In this document: piece after piece, positions 25,655 to 35,375 of the stretch | How the letters are laid out: each line of letters begins with the position of its first letter | Position numbering within the stretch: the stretch's first letter is position 1 | NCBI GenBank assembly: GCA_024641985.1 | Contig: JAHEBZ010000004.1 | Span: 105,047-169,046, forward strand | Direction of reading: 5' to 3' | Source: Rhodoluna sp. | GTDB lineage: Bacteria; Actinomycetota; Actinomycetes; Actinomycetales; Microbacteriaceae | Length of the DNA stretch: 64,000 nt | Position numbers and translations under genes: made by a program | The notes under the pieces: generated by a model | Seen by the model: the letters and a program-made list of their open reading frames with translations, nothing else | The model's database searches: none | What the model was told of the DNA's origin: nothing

Positions 25655-27040
25655 GTGAGTAATCTTTCAATTCAGCCACTTAGCCCACTCGATGGTCGCT
25701 ACCGCGCCGCAGTCTCAGATCTGGGTTTTCACCTCTCTGAAGCCGGCCTAAACCGCGCGCGTATCGCGGTCGAAATTGAGTGGCTAATTCACCTTGCCAA
25801 TCGCGATCTTTTAGGCACCAACACACCAATCTCTGAGGGTCAAATCGCGCAGTTGCGCGCCATCGTCACTAACTTCTCAGATGCCGATGTGGCAACCTTG
25901 GCCGAAACCGAGGCCACCACCAAGCACGATGTCAAGGCAGTCGAATATTTCATCCGTGGCAAGTTGCAAGAGCTTGGGCTTGGCGCAATCGAAGAGCTAA
26001 CCCACTTTGCCTGCACCAGCGAAGACATCAACAACCTCAGCTATGCCATCACCGTGCGCGATGCCGTAAAGCAGGTTTGGTTGCCTCGGGTTGAAAAACT
26101 TATTGCAAAATTGCGCGAGCTTTCGGCCAAATATGCCGACTCATCGATGCTTTCGCACACCCACGGCCAACCGGCCACCCCATCAACCATGGGCAAAGAA
26201 ATTGCTGTGTTTGTGCACCGCCTCGAGCGCCAGGTAAAGCGCATTCAGAGCGCCGAATATCTCGGCAAGTTCTCTGGTGCAACCGGCACATTCTCGGCGC
26301 ACGTGGTTGCCGCCCCAGGTGTTAACTGGCCAAAAGAATCTGAAGATTTTGTTACCGGTCTCGGCCTCACCTGGAACCCGTTGACCACCCAAATCGAGTC
26401 GCACGACTGGCAGGCCGAGCTTTATGCCTCGGTTTCGCTGTTCAACGGCATTCTGCACAACCTCTGCACCGACATCTGGACATACATTTCGCTCGGTTAC
26501 TACAAGCAGATTCCGGTGCCTGGCGCAACCGGTTCTTCAACCATGCCGCACAAGATCAACCCGATTCGTTTCGAAAACGCAGAGTCAAACCTCGAGCTTT
26601 CGAACGCAATTCTGGGCAGCCTTGCCGCTACATTGATCACCTCTCGTTTGCAGCGAGATCTCACTGATTCTTCGTCGCAGCGCAACATCGGCCTAGGTTT
26701 TGGTCACTCGCTGCTGGCAATCGACAACGTAACCCGCGGTCTAAACGAAATCGACCTTTCGCAGGGCGTGCTCGATGCCGACCTAAGCGACAACTGGGAG
26801 ATTCTTGGCGAGGCAATTCAAACCGTGATTCGCGCCGAAGTTGCCGCGGGCCGTTCAAACATTAGCGACCCATATGCGCTGTTGAAAGACCTAACTCGTG
26901 GCAAGCGCCTAAGTGGCGACGACATGGTTGCATTTGTGAATGGCCTCGAGATTGGCGATGAGGCAAAAGAGCGCCTGCTAAAGCTGCGCCCACACACCTA
27001 CACCGGCCTAGCCAGCGAATTGGCTAAACGCGTTCAATAG
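25655..27040 (+). CDS. purB: Adenylosuccinate lyase
   Basis: The sequence reads LSPLDGRY...SSTMPHKINP (fumarate-lyase signature). I placed a GTG start at 25655; the track start at 25628 is also possible. Confidence 0.9.
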   Translation: MSNLSIQPLSPLDGRYRAAVSDLGFHLSEAGLNRARIAVEIEWLIHLANRDLLGTNTPISEGQIAQLRAIVTNFSDADVATLAETEATTKHDVKAVEYFIRGKLQELGLGAIEELTHFACTSEDINNLSYAITVRDAVKQVWLPRVEKLIAKLRELSAKYADSSMLSHTHGQPATPSTMGKEIAVFVHRLERQVKRIQSAEYLGKFSGATGTFSAHVVAAPGVNWPKESEDFVTGLGLTWNPLTTQIESHDWQAELYASVSLFNGILHNLCTDIWTYISLGYYKQIPVPGATGSSTMPHKINPIRFENAESNLELSNAILGSLAATLITSRLQRDLTDSSSQRNIGLGFGHSLLAIDNVTRGLNEIDLSQGVLDADLSDNWEILGEAIQTVIRAEVAAGRSNISDPYALLKDLTRGKRLSGDDMVAFVNGLEIGDEAKERLLKLRPHTYTGLASELAKRVQ

Positions 27041-27054
27041 TTTCACGTGAAACT
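27039..27054. promoter_or_regulatory. parS site (aGTTTCACGTGAAACt, 14/16 to consensus)
   Basis: Its palindromic 14-mer core is identical to the ParB-binding consensus TGTTTCACGTGAAACA. It overlaps the purB stop codon. Confidence 0.7.
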
Positions 27055-27060
27055 TAAAGC

Positions 27061-27090
27061 AAAAAGGGCTGCCGATTGGCAGCCCTTTTT
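27061..27090. terminator. Bidirectional intrinsic terminator
   Basis: AAAAAGGGCTGCC-GATT-GGCAGCCCTTTTT has a perfect 13-bp stem with A/T tracts on both sides. It sits between convergent purB and the 27113-27343 gene. Confidence 0.8.
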
Positions 27091-27112
27091 TGTAATTCGG
27101 TAATTGCGGCGG

Positions 27113-27343
27113 CTATTTAAGCTTTGGCTGGTCTGGGTCTGAGTTGTCGTCTTTAACCGACAATGCCAGGGTGGCAATGCCAACCAACGAAACGATAAAG
27201 GTTAGACCTGCCCAAATCAAAGCCGAGCTAACTTCTTTAACGCCGCCATAAACGATCAAGCCAACAAATGCGGCTGCCACAAATGACAGGGTTAGGTAGC
27301 TGCGAACGCTCTTGGCTTCGCTCTTCTTCTTGGTGTTTGCCAT
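27113..27343 (-). CDS. Small two-TM membrane protein (hypothetical)
   Basis: 76 aa with a Lys-rich N-terminus and two hydrophobic helices. No family was recognised. Confidence 0.45.
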   Translation of the reverse strand: MANTKKKSEAKSVRSYLTLSFVAAAFVGLIVYGGVKEVSSALIWAGLTFIVSLVGIATLALSVKDDNSDPDQPKLK

Positions 27344-27379
27344 GACTTAAGCCTAACTCGCCAATCTAAACTTTGAACC

Positions 27380-27859
27380 ATGAACCTTTGGTTGATCAGT
27401 TACTTGCTAGTGCTGGCGGCAGTCTCGGTTGCACTTGTCTGGTGGGATATTAAATTTCACCTTTTGCCAAATTGGCTAACCATAGGGTCGCTGCCAATTT
27501 TTGCGTTTCTAATGACCATGGCAGCCATCTCTTCGCCAGCTGGCGCCCCTGATGCACTTGCCTCTTTGCCCCGGGCGGCGCTTGGTGCCCTATTTCTGCT
27601 TGTCATCTATCTAGCCCTATTTCTAATTGGCCGATCGCAACTAGGCATGGGTGATGTCAAGCTGGCCATTTTGGTGGGTGCCGCGCTGGCTTTCAAATCC
27701 TGGCAAGCATTTGCCTTCGGCACACTTTTTGGTTTCATTGTTGCCGGGCTATTTTCGGCGGTTTTGCTGATTACAAAACGGGTCCAAAAATCAACCGAAA
27801 TACCTTTCGGCCCATTTATGTTGCTCGGAATGTGGCTAGCTATTTTCCAAATAGGTTAA
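27380..27859 (+). CDS. A24-family prepilin peptidase (TadV/CpaA-like)
   Basis: 159 aa and polytopic. LGMGDVKLAILVGAAL contains the catalytic Asp motif. It is convergent with the 3' end of tadC and overlaps it by 20 nt. Confidence 0.8.
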   Translation: MNLWLISYLLVLAAVSVALVWWDIKFHLLPNWLTIGSLPIFAFLMTMAAISSPAGAPDALASLPRAALGALFLLVIYLALFLIGRSQLGMGDVKLAILVGAALAFKSWQAFAFGTLFGFIVAGLFSAVLLITKRVQKSTEIPFGPFMLLGMWLAIFQIG

Positions 27860-28769
27860 AGATCGACAAGATCGCTGGGCCAAGCACAATGATAAATAGG
27901 CCTGGCAAAAAGCAGAGAACTAAAGGCATCAAGATCTTCACGGATACCTTCTGAGCTTTTTCACGCGCCTGCGTGCGGCGGCGTTCGCGCATTTCGCGCG
28001 ATTGCTCGGCAAGCACCGTAGTAAGCGAGATTCCGAGTTTGTCGATTTTAATCATTGCCTCGGCAAATCGAATTAACTCTGGTTGCTTAATTCGGGCAGC
28101 CAGCGATCTAAAAGCATCGGGTCTAGAAAGCCCAAGGCGCATTTCTTCAAGCACTCGAGTAAGTTCTTCTGCGGCTGGCCCTCTGAGGTTTTCGGCAACC
28201 TTTTGAATGGCCGAGTTTAAACTCACCCCCGAGCTAACCGAAAGGTACATTAGGTCGATCGCGGCGGGAAGGTCATAGCCGATTGCCTGGGCACGGTTAA
28301 CTGCTCGGTCGTAATACCAAAGATCGGGTACAAAGTAGCCGAAAATGCCCGCAGAAATTGCCACAAACACGCCAGCTTGACCAACTGAACCACCGATGTA
28401 ACCACCAACTAGCACACCAACTATTAATAGCAACGATTTGAGTGCGGTTAGACGAGATAAAGCCTTCGCATCAAAAGTGCCAAGTCCATCCATTGATCGA
28501 ACCAGGCTTTTTCTATAAATCGCGGGTACCGGAATGGATACATATTTGGTTACCGAGTCTAAGAACATGTTTAATCGCTCGCCCTTGGCAAATTTGGAAA
28601 ATATCTTGGGCGTTTGATTGCTATAAACGCGAACCAAATTTCGCAGGTTTGTTTTTCGCGAGTGATGTTTGATTTGGTTAAACGCGGCGCCGATAGCCAG
28701 CACCAAAACCACAATTAAGGCTCCCCAAACACTGGCTACAAATAGATCAAGCGGCAAAGTTGAGTTCAT
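27840..28769 (-). CDS. tadC: Tad pilus platform protein TadC (T2SS-F family)
   Basis: 309 aa with a T2SSF-type helical domain between TM segments. It is the last gene of the tad operon. Confidence 0.8.
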   Translation of the reverse strand: MNSTLPLDLFVASVWGALIVVLVLAIGAAFNQIKHHSRKTNLRNLVRVYSNQTPKIFSKFAKGERLNMFLDSVTKYVSIPVPAIYRKSLVRSMDGLGTFDAKALSRLTALKSLLLIVGVLVGGYIGGSVGQAGVFVAISAGIFGYFVPDLWYYDRAVNRAQAIGYDLPAAIDLMYLSVSSGVSLNSAIQKVAENLRGPAAEELTRVLEEMRLGLSRPDAFRSLAARIKQPELIRFAEAMIKIDKLGISLTTVLAEQSREMRERRRTQAREKAQKVSVKILMPLVLCFLPGLFIIVLGPAILSIFNLFGK

Positions 28770-29732
28770 TTAAACCTTGATCCTTACTACCGAGCGCATC
28801 CAAAACCCGCCGATTGTGATTAGCGCCACAAAGACCACAAGCAAGCCCAACCCTGGAATGGTGGTCCAAAAAATCGAGATATAGTCTCTGCGAGTCACAT
28901 AGAAGAAAGCAAAAACTGCTACCGGCAATGCCAAAAGAATCCAAGCCGATAACCGGCTCTCGGCCGATAACGTGCTCACCTCGCGCTTAATTGAGGCGCG
29001 GTTTCGAACCGTTTCGGCAACCGAATCCAAAATCACCGATAGGTTTCCGCCTACCTCGCGTTGAATAGCGATAGCAACTACGACCCAACGCATATCTTCG
29101 CTTTTCATACGAACGGCAACTTCGGTTAGTGCATCATTCGGAGACATGCCCAGGGCAATTTCGCTAGTCGCCCGCCTAATCTGGCGTTCAACCTCACCTT
29201 CGCCTTGTTGCGAAACCGATTCAAGTGATTGGGTAAGTGATAAACCAGACCGAAGCGAACTGGCAATCAGTAAGAGAAATTCAGGAAGTTGTTGCTCAAA
29301 AAGTAGTCGCCGATTAGTTTCCCGGCTGACGATCAATGTTCGTGAGCTGGCTAAGGCAATGGCAATGCCCGCAATGATTGACAGCGGCAAAAATTGAAAC
29401 AACAACTGAAAAAACAGGGTCAAAACTATTATTGTGGCTGCAATATAGGCAATCCATTGAAGTGGGGTAATTAACAAACCGGCGTTGTCAGCGCGCGTGA
29501 TAAACCCCTTTGCCCATCTTGCACGACTTATCAGAATATTTAGTTTGATCAACCTTGCCGGAACTGATTGGTTCGAAAACTTCGCTTGCATTGCCTTTTC
29601 GGCTCGTGGCGAGTACTTAATCAAAGTCGCAATCCGACGATCGGCATCCGACTGCTTTTTGGCCGCAAAGATGGCTAAGAATAGGATCGCCACAAAGAGA
29701 CCCACCGCTATCGCAACCAGGTAATCCATCAT
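28770..29732 (-). CDS. tadB: Tad pilus platform protein TadB (T2SS-F family)
   Basis: 320 aa. It is a paralogue of the adjacent TadC-like protein and overlaps the tadA stop. Confidence 0.8.
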   Translation of the reverse strand: MMDYLVAIAVGLFVAILFLAIFAAKKQSDADRRIATLIKYSPRAEKAMQAKFSNQSVPARLIKLNILISRARWAKGFITRADNAGLLITPLQWIAYIAATIIVLTLFFQLLFQFLPLSIIAGIAIALASSRTLIVSRETNRRLLFEQQLPEFLLLIASSLRSGLSLTQSLESVSQQGEGEVERQIRRATSEIALGMSPNDALTEVAVRMKSEDMRWVVVAIAIQREVGGNLSVILDSVAETVRNRASIKREVSTLSAESRLSAWILLALPVAVFAFFYVTRRDYISIFWTTIPGLGLLVVFVALITIGGFWMRSVVRIKV

Positions 29733-31075
29733 TTTTTCCTAAAGAGTGTCTTCGGCACATCAACACCACGCTCGAGCAACACACCCAGACATTCGGGCAC
29801 CATGCCGGTAGCCACCAATTCACCGCGTGGAATAACTGCGGTTGGATCTTGAAACTTGTAGGCAAAAATGTCTTGCATCAAAATATTGTCGCCGTCACGG
29901 CCGGTGATCTCCGAAATTGTCATGATGTGACGAGAACCGTCTCGCAAGCGCGCTTGGTGAACGACTAAATCAATGGCGCCAACAATTTGCTCACGAATCA
30001 CCGCGATTGGTAGCTGCAAATCGGCCGTTAGAACCATGGTTTCGATGCGGCTGAGCGCATCTCGCGAACTGTTGGCGTGCACGGTAGAAAGAGAACCCTC
30101 GTGGCCAGTGTTCATCGCCTGAAGCATGTCAAGTGCGGCCTGGTCTCGAACTTCACCAACAACAATTCGGTCTGGGCGCATGCGCAAAGCGTTCTTTACC
30201 AAATCACGAATCGTGATAGCCCCGGCGCCTTCGATGTTTGCTGGGCGAGACTCTAGGCGCAGCACATGGGGCTGTTCCAGTTTCAACTCAGCCGAGTCCT
30301 CGATGGTAATAATGCGTTCGTCTGGTGGAATAAACGACGACATTACGTTCAGGGTGGTCGTCTTGCCAGAACCGGTTCCGCCCGAGATCAAAATGTTTTG
30401 CTTGCCTTTAACTGCAAGAGCCAAAAACTCCATGGCCTCGGCGCTAATTGTGCCACGCTTCACTAGGTCATCCATGGCCAAAATGTCTTTAGCAAACTTG
30501 CGAATTGTTAGGCTCGAGCCGTCAACAGCAACCGGTGCAACCACAGCGTTGATGCGGCTTCCATCGGCTAAACGTGCGTCAACCAAAGGGCTTGCTTCGT
30601 CTACTCGGCGGCCAACCTTAGAAACAATTCGGTCAATAACCTCACGCAAGTGCAATTCGTTTGTAAATCTTAGGTCGGTGAGAACGATGTGGCCGCGACG
30701 CTCAATAAAAATGGCGTCAAAACGGTTCACCATAATCTCGGTTACAGTATCGTCTCGCAATAATGGCTCAATTGGGCCAAAACCAAGCACATCATCGATA
30801 ACCTCTTGCACTAATTTGGCGCGGTCGCCGGTTGATAGCGGTTTGGTCTCGGTCTTTAGAACCTTTTGCAAAACCTCATAAACCTCGGCGTGCAACCGCT
30901 CTGAGGTTAGCGTGTTGCTGTAAAGCTGCTTGCCCAAACCTTCAACCAGTTTTACGTGCACCAAGCCTTTGAACCGCTCAAAATCCGAGCTCTTTTCTTC
31001 ATAGCTCTGAACCATGCCGGCGGCGAGTTGGCCGGTCGAACCTGTTACCTTACCCAGGCGATCCGCGAGTCCCAT
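29729..31075 (-). CDS. tadA: Tad pilus secretion ATPase TadA/CpaF
   Basis: 448 aa. It has Walker A GGTGSGKTT, Asp box and His box (TGHEGS), belonging to the VirB11/CpaF family. Confidence 0.9.
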   Translation of the reverse strand: MGLADRLGKVTGSTGQLAAGMVQSYEEKSSDFERFKGLVHVKLVEGLGKQLYSNTLTSERLHAEVYEVLQKVLKTETKPLSTGDRAKLVQEVIDDVLGFGPIEPLLRDDTVTEIMVNRFDAIFIERRGHIVLTDLRFTNELHLREVIDRIVSKVGRRVDEASPLVDARLADGSRINAVVAPVAVDGSSLTIRKFAKDILAMDDLVKRGTISAEAMEFLALAVKGKQNILISGGTGSGKTTTLNVMSSFIPPDERIITIEDSAELKLEQPHVLRLESRPANIEGAGAITIRDLVKNALRMRPDRIVVGEVRDQAALDMLQAMNTGHEGSLSTVHANSSRDALSRIETMVLTADLQLPIAVIREQIVGAIDLVVHQARLRDGSRHIMTISEITGRDGDNILMQDIFAYKFQDPTAVIPRGELVATGMVPECLGVLLERGVDVPKTLFRKK

Positions 31076-31078
31076 GGT

Positions 31079-32245
31079 TTACTTCTTACTCTCTGCAAGC
31101 CAACCACGCTTGGTGGTGTGTTTTACGGCAGCTTTCTTGCCGGTGATGTTGCCGGCCAAGTGTTCAATCGATGCGGTAAACGGGTGTGAGCGCTGCGACT
31201 CCCACATTGTGTGGCCCGAGTTCAACGCGGCAGGCACTTCTCGGCTTGACGGCAGCAAAGTTCCGATTTCTACGCCTAATAAATCTTCAACGTCTTTAAT
31301 GCTTAAGCCCACATTCGCATCAGATCGGTTAAGCACAACATGCCACTTAGAACGCGGGTAACCCAGAGCGTCTAGCGTATCGATGGCAACTTTTAGATTC
31401 TTCACCGATGGCACATCCAAGGTGGTTATCAATTGATAAATGTCGGCCATTTCAAAACAGCGCAGGGTTATCTCTGTGAACGATGGCGCGGCATCGATGA
31501 TTACATAGTCGTACATCTGACGAAGGTGCTGCAGCAAGTCAACGGCAATCTCTGGGCTAATAAACTCGGCCTCAGATGGCTTGGTCGGAGCAATGACCAC
31601 ATCTAAGCCCTTTTTGTATTTGGTGATCAGGCTCTCGACTGCCTTGCGGTCTAGGCCACCGGCCATCTTTACGGCTGCGCTCAAAGTTACCTCTGGAGAC
31701 AGGCTCAGCGAGATGGCGACATCGCCAAATTCGAGGTCGAAGTCAACCAAGCAAACCCGCTTCTTGCCATCGTCGGCCAAAGCCAGCGCCAGGTTGGTAG
31801 CAATTGTGGTTTTGCCGCAACCGCCTTTGGCACCAAAGACCAAAACGGTTTTGCCAGACGACACATTTTCTTGGGTCGCGTCTAAAGCTGCAATTTCTGC
31901 CGAAAGTTGGGCACTTCGTTTCACCGCCTGCAATAACGCGTTGGCGTCATCGGTCGAAACAAGTTCGCGAATACCCGAGTTGAGCGCCTCCGACAGGCTC
32001 GGCACATCGATGAGATCGCGCATCACCAAAATGCCTAATCCAGGCCGAATCAATCGGTAGCGACGAGAAATATCAGCGGCTACACCCATAGGCACCAGGT
32101 GACCAACAATTAGCAATGATTCTCGCGGGTCTTTTTCTAGAAACTCGTGCACCGACTGTGCGTCAGCTAAACGAGTAACTTTTTCAGATAGCGCAGCTTG
32201 AAACTGCTCTACTTCGGTTTCTTTTGTAGTTAGAACGATTGCCAT
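31079..32245 (-). CDS. tadZ: TadZ/CpaE-like ParA/MinD-family ATPase with an N-terminal receiver-like domain
   Basis: 388 aa. The deviant Walker A reads FGAKGGCGKTT after an N-terminal domain of about 130 aa. Confidence 0.75.
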   Translation of the reverse strand: MAIVLTTKETEVEQFQAALSEKVTRLADAQSVHEFLEKDPRESLLIVGHLVPMGVAADISRRYRLIRPGLGILVMRDLIDVPSLSEALNSGIRELVSTDDANALLQAVKRSAQLSAEIAALDATQENVSSGKTVLVFGAKGGCGKTTIATNLALALADDGKKRVCLVDFDLEFGDVAISLSLSPEVTLSAAVKMAGGLDRKAVESLITKYKKGLDVVIAPTKPSEAEFISPEIAVDLLQHLRQMYDYVIIDAAPSFTEITLRCFEMADIYQLITTLDVPSVKNLKVAIDTLDALGYPRSKWHVVLNRSDANVGLSIKDVEDLLGVEIGTLLPSSREVPAALNSGHTMWESQRSHPFTASIEHLAGNITGKKAAVKHTTKRGWLAESKK

Positions 32246-32256
32246 TTTTTGCCTGC

Positions 32257-32943
32257 CTACTTGCTAACGATGGTGCCTGAAGAGAGCAACGCGAGAGTAA
32301 CCACGCTGTTGTGTGATGCCGCGACAAGGTCAACGGCATCGGCTGGGTTTAGGGCCAGGGTTACCACGTTTTGAGTGTTGTCGGCTGCGGCAGTTAGTGA
32401 AAGCCCATTAACTGTGTTGGTGCCAACCGCCAAGATCAGCAAACTCGAAAACAAAACCCTCGTAGCCTTTGGCGCGCTGGCATCGCCTGCCGTGCTGGTT
32501 AAAACCGCAACTCGCTTGCCCGGTTGAATAAAGCCACCCGTTCTATCAGCGATGGTTAGGTCTAGCGAAACGGCAACCATGCCGACAGGAATTACTAGTG
32601 AACGAGACTGCGAGACAGTAACCCCAAAATCACCATCAAGCACAAGATGGCCCGCGGGTAAATTAACTGGCGCCACGTCGGATGAAGTGATTTGATTTGG
32701 GCTTTTTAGCGACTCGAGTGGCAAGTATTGCTTTGGGTACTTCACCTTTTCAACCAGGCCTCCCGTTACTGCATCGGCCAGGCTGGTTTGGGCTGGCACG
32801 GCCGCCTTGGTTACCAACACATCAACGGTGTCAAACTTGGCAAGTGCCCGCTGGTCGGCCTGCTGTTGCACCTGAAAACTGCCAAATGCGGCCGCTACGC
32901 CAAGTACCAGGGCTATTGCCACAAGTGCTACTACTCGTTTCAT
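32257..32943 (-). CDS. cpaB: Flp pilus assembly protein CpaB/RcpC (SAF domain)
   Basis: 228 aa with an N-terminal TM anchor, then a SAF-like domain and a beta-rich RcpC-like region. Confidence 0.75.
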   Translation of the reverse strand: MKRVVALVAIALVLGVAAAFGSFQVQQQADQRALAKFDTVDVLVTKAAVPAQTSLADAVTGGLVEKVKYPKQYLPLESLKSPNQITSSDVAPVNLPAGHLVLDGDFGVTVSQSRSLVIPVGMVAVSLDLTIADRTGGFIQPGKRVAVLTSTAGDASAPKATRVLFSSLLILAVGTNTVNGLSLTAAADNTQNVVTLALNPADAVDLVAASHNSVVTLALLSSGTIVSK

Positions 32944-32972
32944 TGCCTATTCCTATCTTGTTGATCTAAAAC

Positions 32973-34148
32973 CTATGGAACTATCTTGACTACGTTGTTG
33001 TCGACGATAAAAGAGGGTGGGCTGGTGTATTGCCCGTAAATACAGGGGTTGGACGCCTTGCACTTGGCAGTGGAAGAAACACCGGCTGGCCAATTGCTCC
33101 ACCCTCCGGTTGGCGTAGCCCCGCCTTGGAACGCATTAGATAACCGGTAACCCAAAAACTTGAATTTTGAGAAGCCGATAACGGTAATGTTCCAAATATT
33201 TGCCTGAGGCGAGGTGAATGCACCAGGTATGGCAACTGCTTCTGGCACGCCCGATGCAATTTTGCCGTCTAACCAAGCTGCTAGGTTGCCCATGTCGCCG
33301 CCACAAAACTTTTTTAGGTTTGAATTTAGAAACAACACCTGATTCAGGGTTATCGATACCGCCGTATCGCAGGAACCAACGGAGATATCTACCGGAGGAA
33401 ATCCATTCACCACATTTGTAAGACTGTAACTTCCGAAGCCGTTTGCCAACGGGATGGTGCAACTGGCGGCTCGAGGTGGGTTGGGGGTGTTGCCCGAATC
33501 TTGGAATTCGAACAAGACAACCGAACCTGAACCGTTTGGATAACTACAGGCTGGCAGTAAGAGGTTGAATTGGATATTTTGAGTCGAGGCACTCGGATCC
33601 ACTTGCCAAATTGACTGTGCACATTGCCACAAAATCAATCCGGTGTTGTTGTTATTAGTGAAGTTGCCGTCTAATAAACCCGAGAAAATTGTCTGAACTC
33701 CACCCCCGTTTGGGGTTTGGGTTTTGGCGGTCACTCGAACAAAGTTGGTGCCAGCTGCCACCGTTTTGCAGTCTTGCTGATTCGCTGTCAACGGCGCACA
33801 GGTGCTTAGCGGTGCAACGCCGCACACTTCATCGATGCCGCTTATGCCATCGGCCGCGTCTTTATTTAGAACAGATTGCACATAGGCAACCGCTGCCGAT
33901 TGGCTAGCACACTGCGGTTGGCTGTGGGCGCATTTTTGAGCCAACGCATAAGAAGCAGCCGTTGAACTAAGGCGCAGGGTTTGTTGTTCGGCGTATGTGA
34001 CACTCATGTCAAAGCCAAGCGCCAAAAGGCCTAGCAAGGCGCCAGTGCCTAAAAGCACACCCATCATGGTGGCTATTGAACCCTTTTCGTTGCCACGCCC
34101 ACCAAATAAGTGGGGCAATCCGCGGGCTAACTTGCCGAACATAGCCAC
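32973..34148 (-). CDS. TadG-like pseudopilin / pilus-associated protein with a large Cys-rich extracellular domain
   Basis: 391 aa. Its N-terminus GSIATMMGVLLGTGALLGLLALGFDMS is TadE/G-like. The remainder has many Cys residues and no recognisable family. Confidence 0.6.
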   Translation of the reverse strand: MAMFGKLARGLPHLFGGRGNEKGSIATMMGVLLGTGALLGLLALGFDMSVTYAEQQTLRLSSTAASYALAQKCAHSQPQCASQSAAVAYVQSVLNKDAADGISGIDEVCGVAPLSTCAPLTANQQDCKTVAAGTNFVRVTAKTQTPNGGGVQTIFSGLLDGNFTNNNNTGLILWQCAQSIWQVDPSASTQNIQFNLLLPACSYPNGSGSVVLFEFQDSGNTPNPPRAASCTIPLANGFGSYSLTNVVNGFPPVDISVGSCDTAVSITLNQVLFLNSNLKKFCGGDMGNLAAWLDGKIASGVPEAVAIPGAFTSPQANIWNITVIGFSKFKFLGYRLSNAFQGGATPTGGWSNWPAGVSSTAKCKASNPCIYGQYTSPPSFIVDNNVVKIVP

Positions 34149-34588
34149 TCCGATGTTGCCGAAATAGTCATTGTGCCCGGGCGGGTTTCGGCTGGATTGA
34201 AGCTTTGGATCAAACCGATTGGGGACGTCCAGGTATATGTAGCCGAGGTTGTGACTTTGGACATGGCCGTTGAAGCTGGGTCGGATGGAACCGGGCAGGC
34301 TGTAACCAGGGTGACAGTGATGTTTGCCTCACCTGAGCCAGCCATGCTGACTGCACCAGGCGCGGCAGCCCGCGCAACCGTGGTTACGTTTGCCAAAGTT
34401 TGACCAAGCGAGGCTGCCCTTGCGCCTTGGGCTGCAGCATTTTGCAAAGTTGTTTGAACAAAGATGATGCGGCCGGCATCAACCATGAAGAGCAAAATAA
34501 GAATGAAAAGCGGTGCAACCAATGCGAATTCGACAGCCGCTGCGCCCCGACTTGTTTGAAGTCGAAGCGCAGCGATGCGACGCTTCAT
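34127..34588 (-). CDS. tadE: TadE-family minor pilin
   Basis: 153 aa. RGAAAVEFALVAPLFILILLFMVD is the TadE N-terminal motif. Confidence 0.75.
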   Translation of the reverse strand: MKRRIAALRLQTSRGAAAVEFALVAPLFILILLFMVDAGRIIFVQTTLQNAAAQGARAASLGQTLANVTTVARAAAPGAVSMAGSGEANITVTLVTACPVPSDPASTAMSKVTTSATYTWTSPIGLIQSFNPAETRPGTMTISATSEWLCSAS

Positions 34589-34593
34589 GTTTT

Positions 34594-34761
34594 TTAGAGG
34601 TGCAGTGAGGCGAAAAGGCCCGTAAAGAAGGTGTTTAGAGAGGTACCGAAAGCTGCGATACCGACTCCGATAACGGCTGCGATAAGCGCAATGATCAATG
34701 CATACTCAACGGCCGATGCGCCTTTAGCGTTGCGGATGATGGTTGATAGCTTGTTTGACAT
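34594..34761 (-). CDS. flp: Flp/Fap-family major pilin
   Basis: The internal start gives the 55-aa MSNKLSTIIRNAKG-ASAVEYALIIALIAAVIGV..., carrying the Flp G/xxxEY processing motif. The 132-aa track ORF was rejected. Confidence 0.8.
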   Translation of the reverse strand: MSNKLSTIIRNAKGASAVEYALIIALIAAVIGVGIAAFGTSLNTFFTGLFASLHL

Positions 34762-34861
34762 TTTGTTCCCCTTTTTATACGAGGTAATTGCCCCGTATCC
34801 ACATCCTATGCACACAAGTAGTTCAAAGTCATATCTATTTATGACTTTGTAACAATGGAAT

Positions 34862-35371
34862 TTACAATTTGCCGTCGGATGTAGGCGTAAAGGCACAGAT
34901 GCCCAGGTGCACCGCAATGAGCACCATGTATGCGCCAAAGAAGCCGACCGCCGAAACCTCATCGAGGGGGGCAAGCAAAAATAGACCACCAAGAGCGATG
35001 GTGAGCAGCGCGGTGGTTAGGTGATCGCGGCCGGCTCGGGTGCGCAAACCCAACATTTGGCCTTGCAGAAGCTCGTAGCCACCAATCAAAATGCCCCAAG
35101 CCGTGATGAGCGCTGCAAAAAGCGTTGCATCAACCGCACCAGCGAGGCTTAGATAGCCAAACAAGCCCTGCAAAACCACTAGCGGAATGTAGGCGATCAT
35201 TTGGATTCGATCTTTGGCTATTGCCGCCGAGTAGATGCTGCCAACAGCCCAACCAAAAGCCAGGATTGTGAGGCCCAGAAGGCCGATTTCGACCCCGTGG
35301 TCTTGCGAAAAAGTTATGTAAATGCCGGCGCCTAGCGCCGCCGCTGCCCTGATTGCCGCATTTATTTTCAT
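34862..35371 (-). CDS. Polytopic membrane protein (HdeD/DUF308-like, tentative)
   Basis: 169 aa with 5-6 TM helices. It lies immediately downstream of dnaB. The family assignment is weak. Confidence 0.45.
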   Translation of the reverse strand: MKINAAIRAAAALGAGIYITFSQDHGVEIGLLGLTILAFGWAVGSIYSAAIAKDRIQMIAYIPLVVLQGLFGYLSLAGAVDATLFAALITAWGILIGGYELLQGQMLGLRTRAGRDHLTTALLTIALGGLFLLAPLDEVSAVGFFGAYMVLIAVHLGICAFTPTSDGKL

Positions 35372-35375
35372 GGGG

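Noticed and set aside
34594-34992. 132-aa version of the Flp pilin ORF.
   Set aside because: The N-terminal 77 residues are Cys/Arg-rich, run through the AT-rich promoter region, and overlap the upstream gene. The internal ATG at 34761 gives a canonical 55-aa Flp prepilin.
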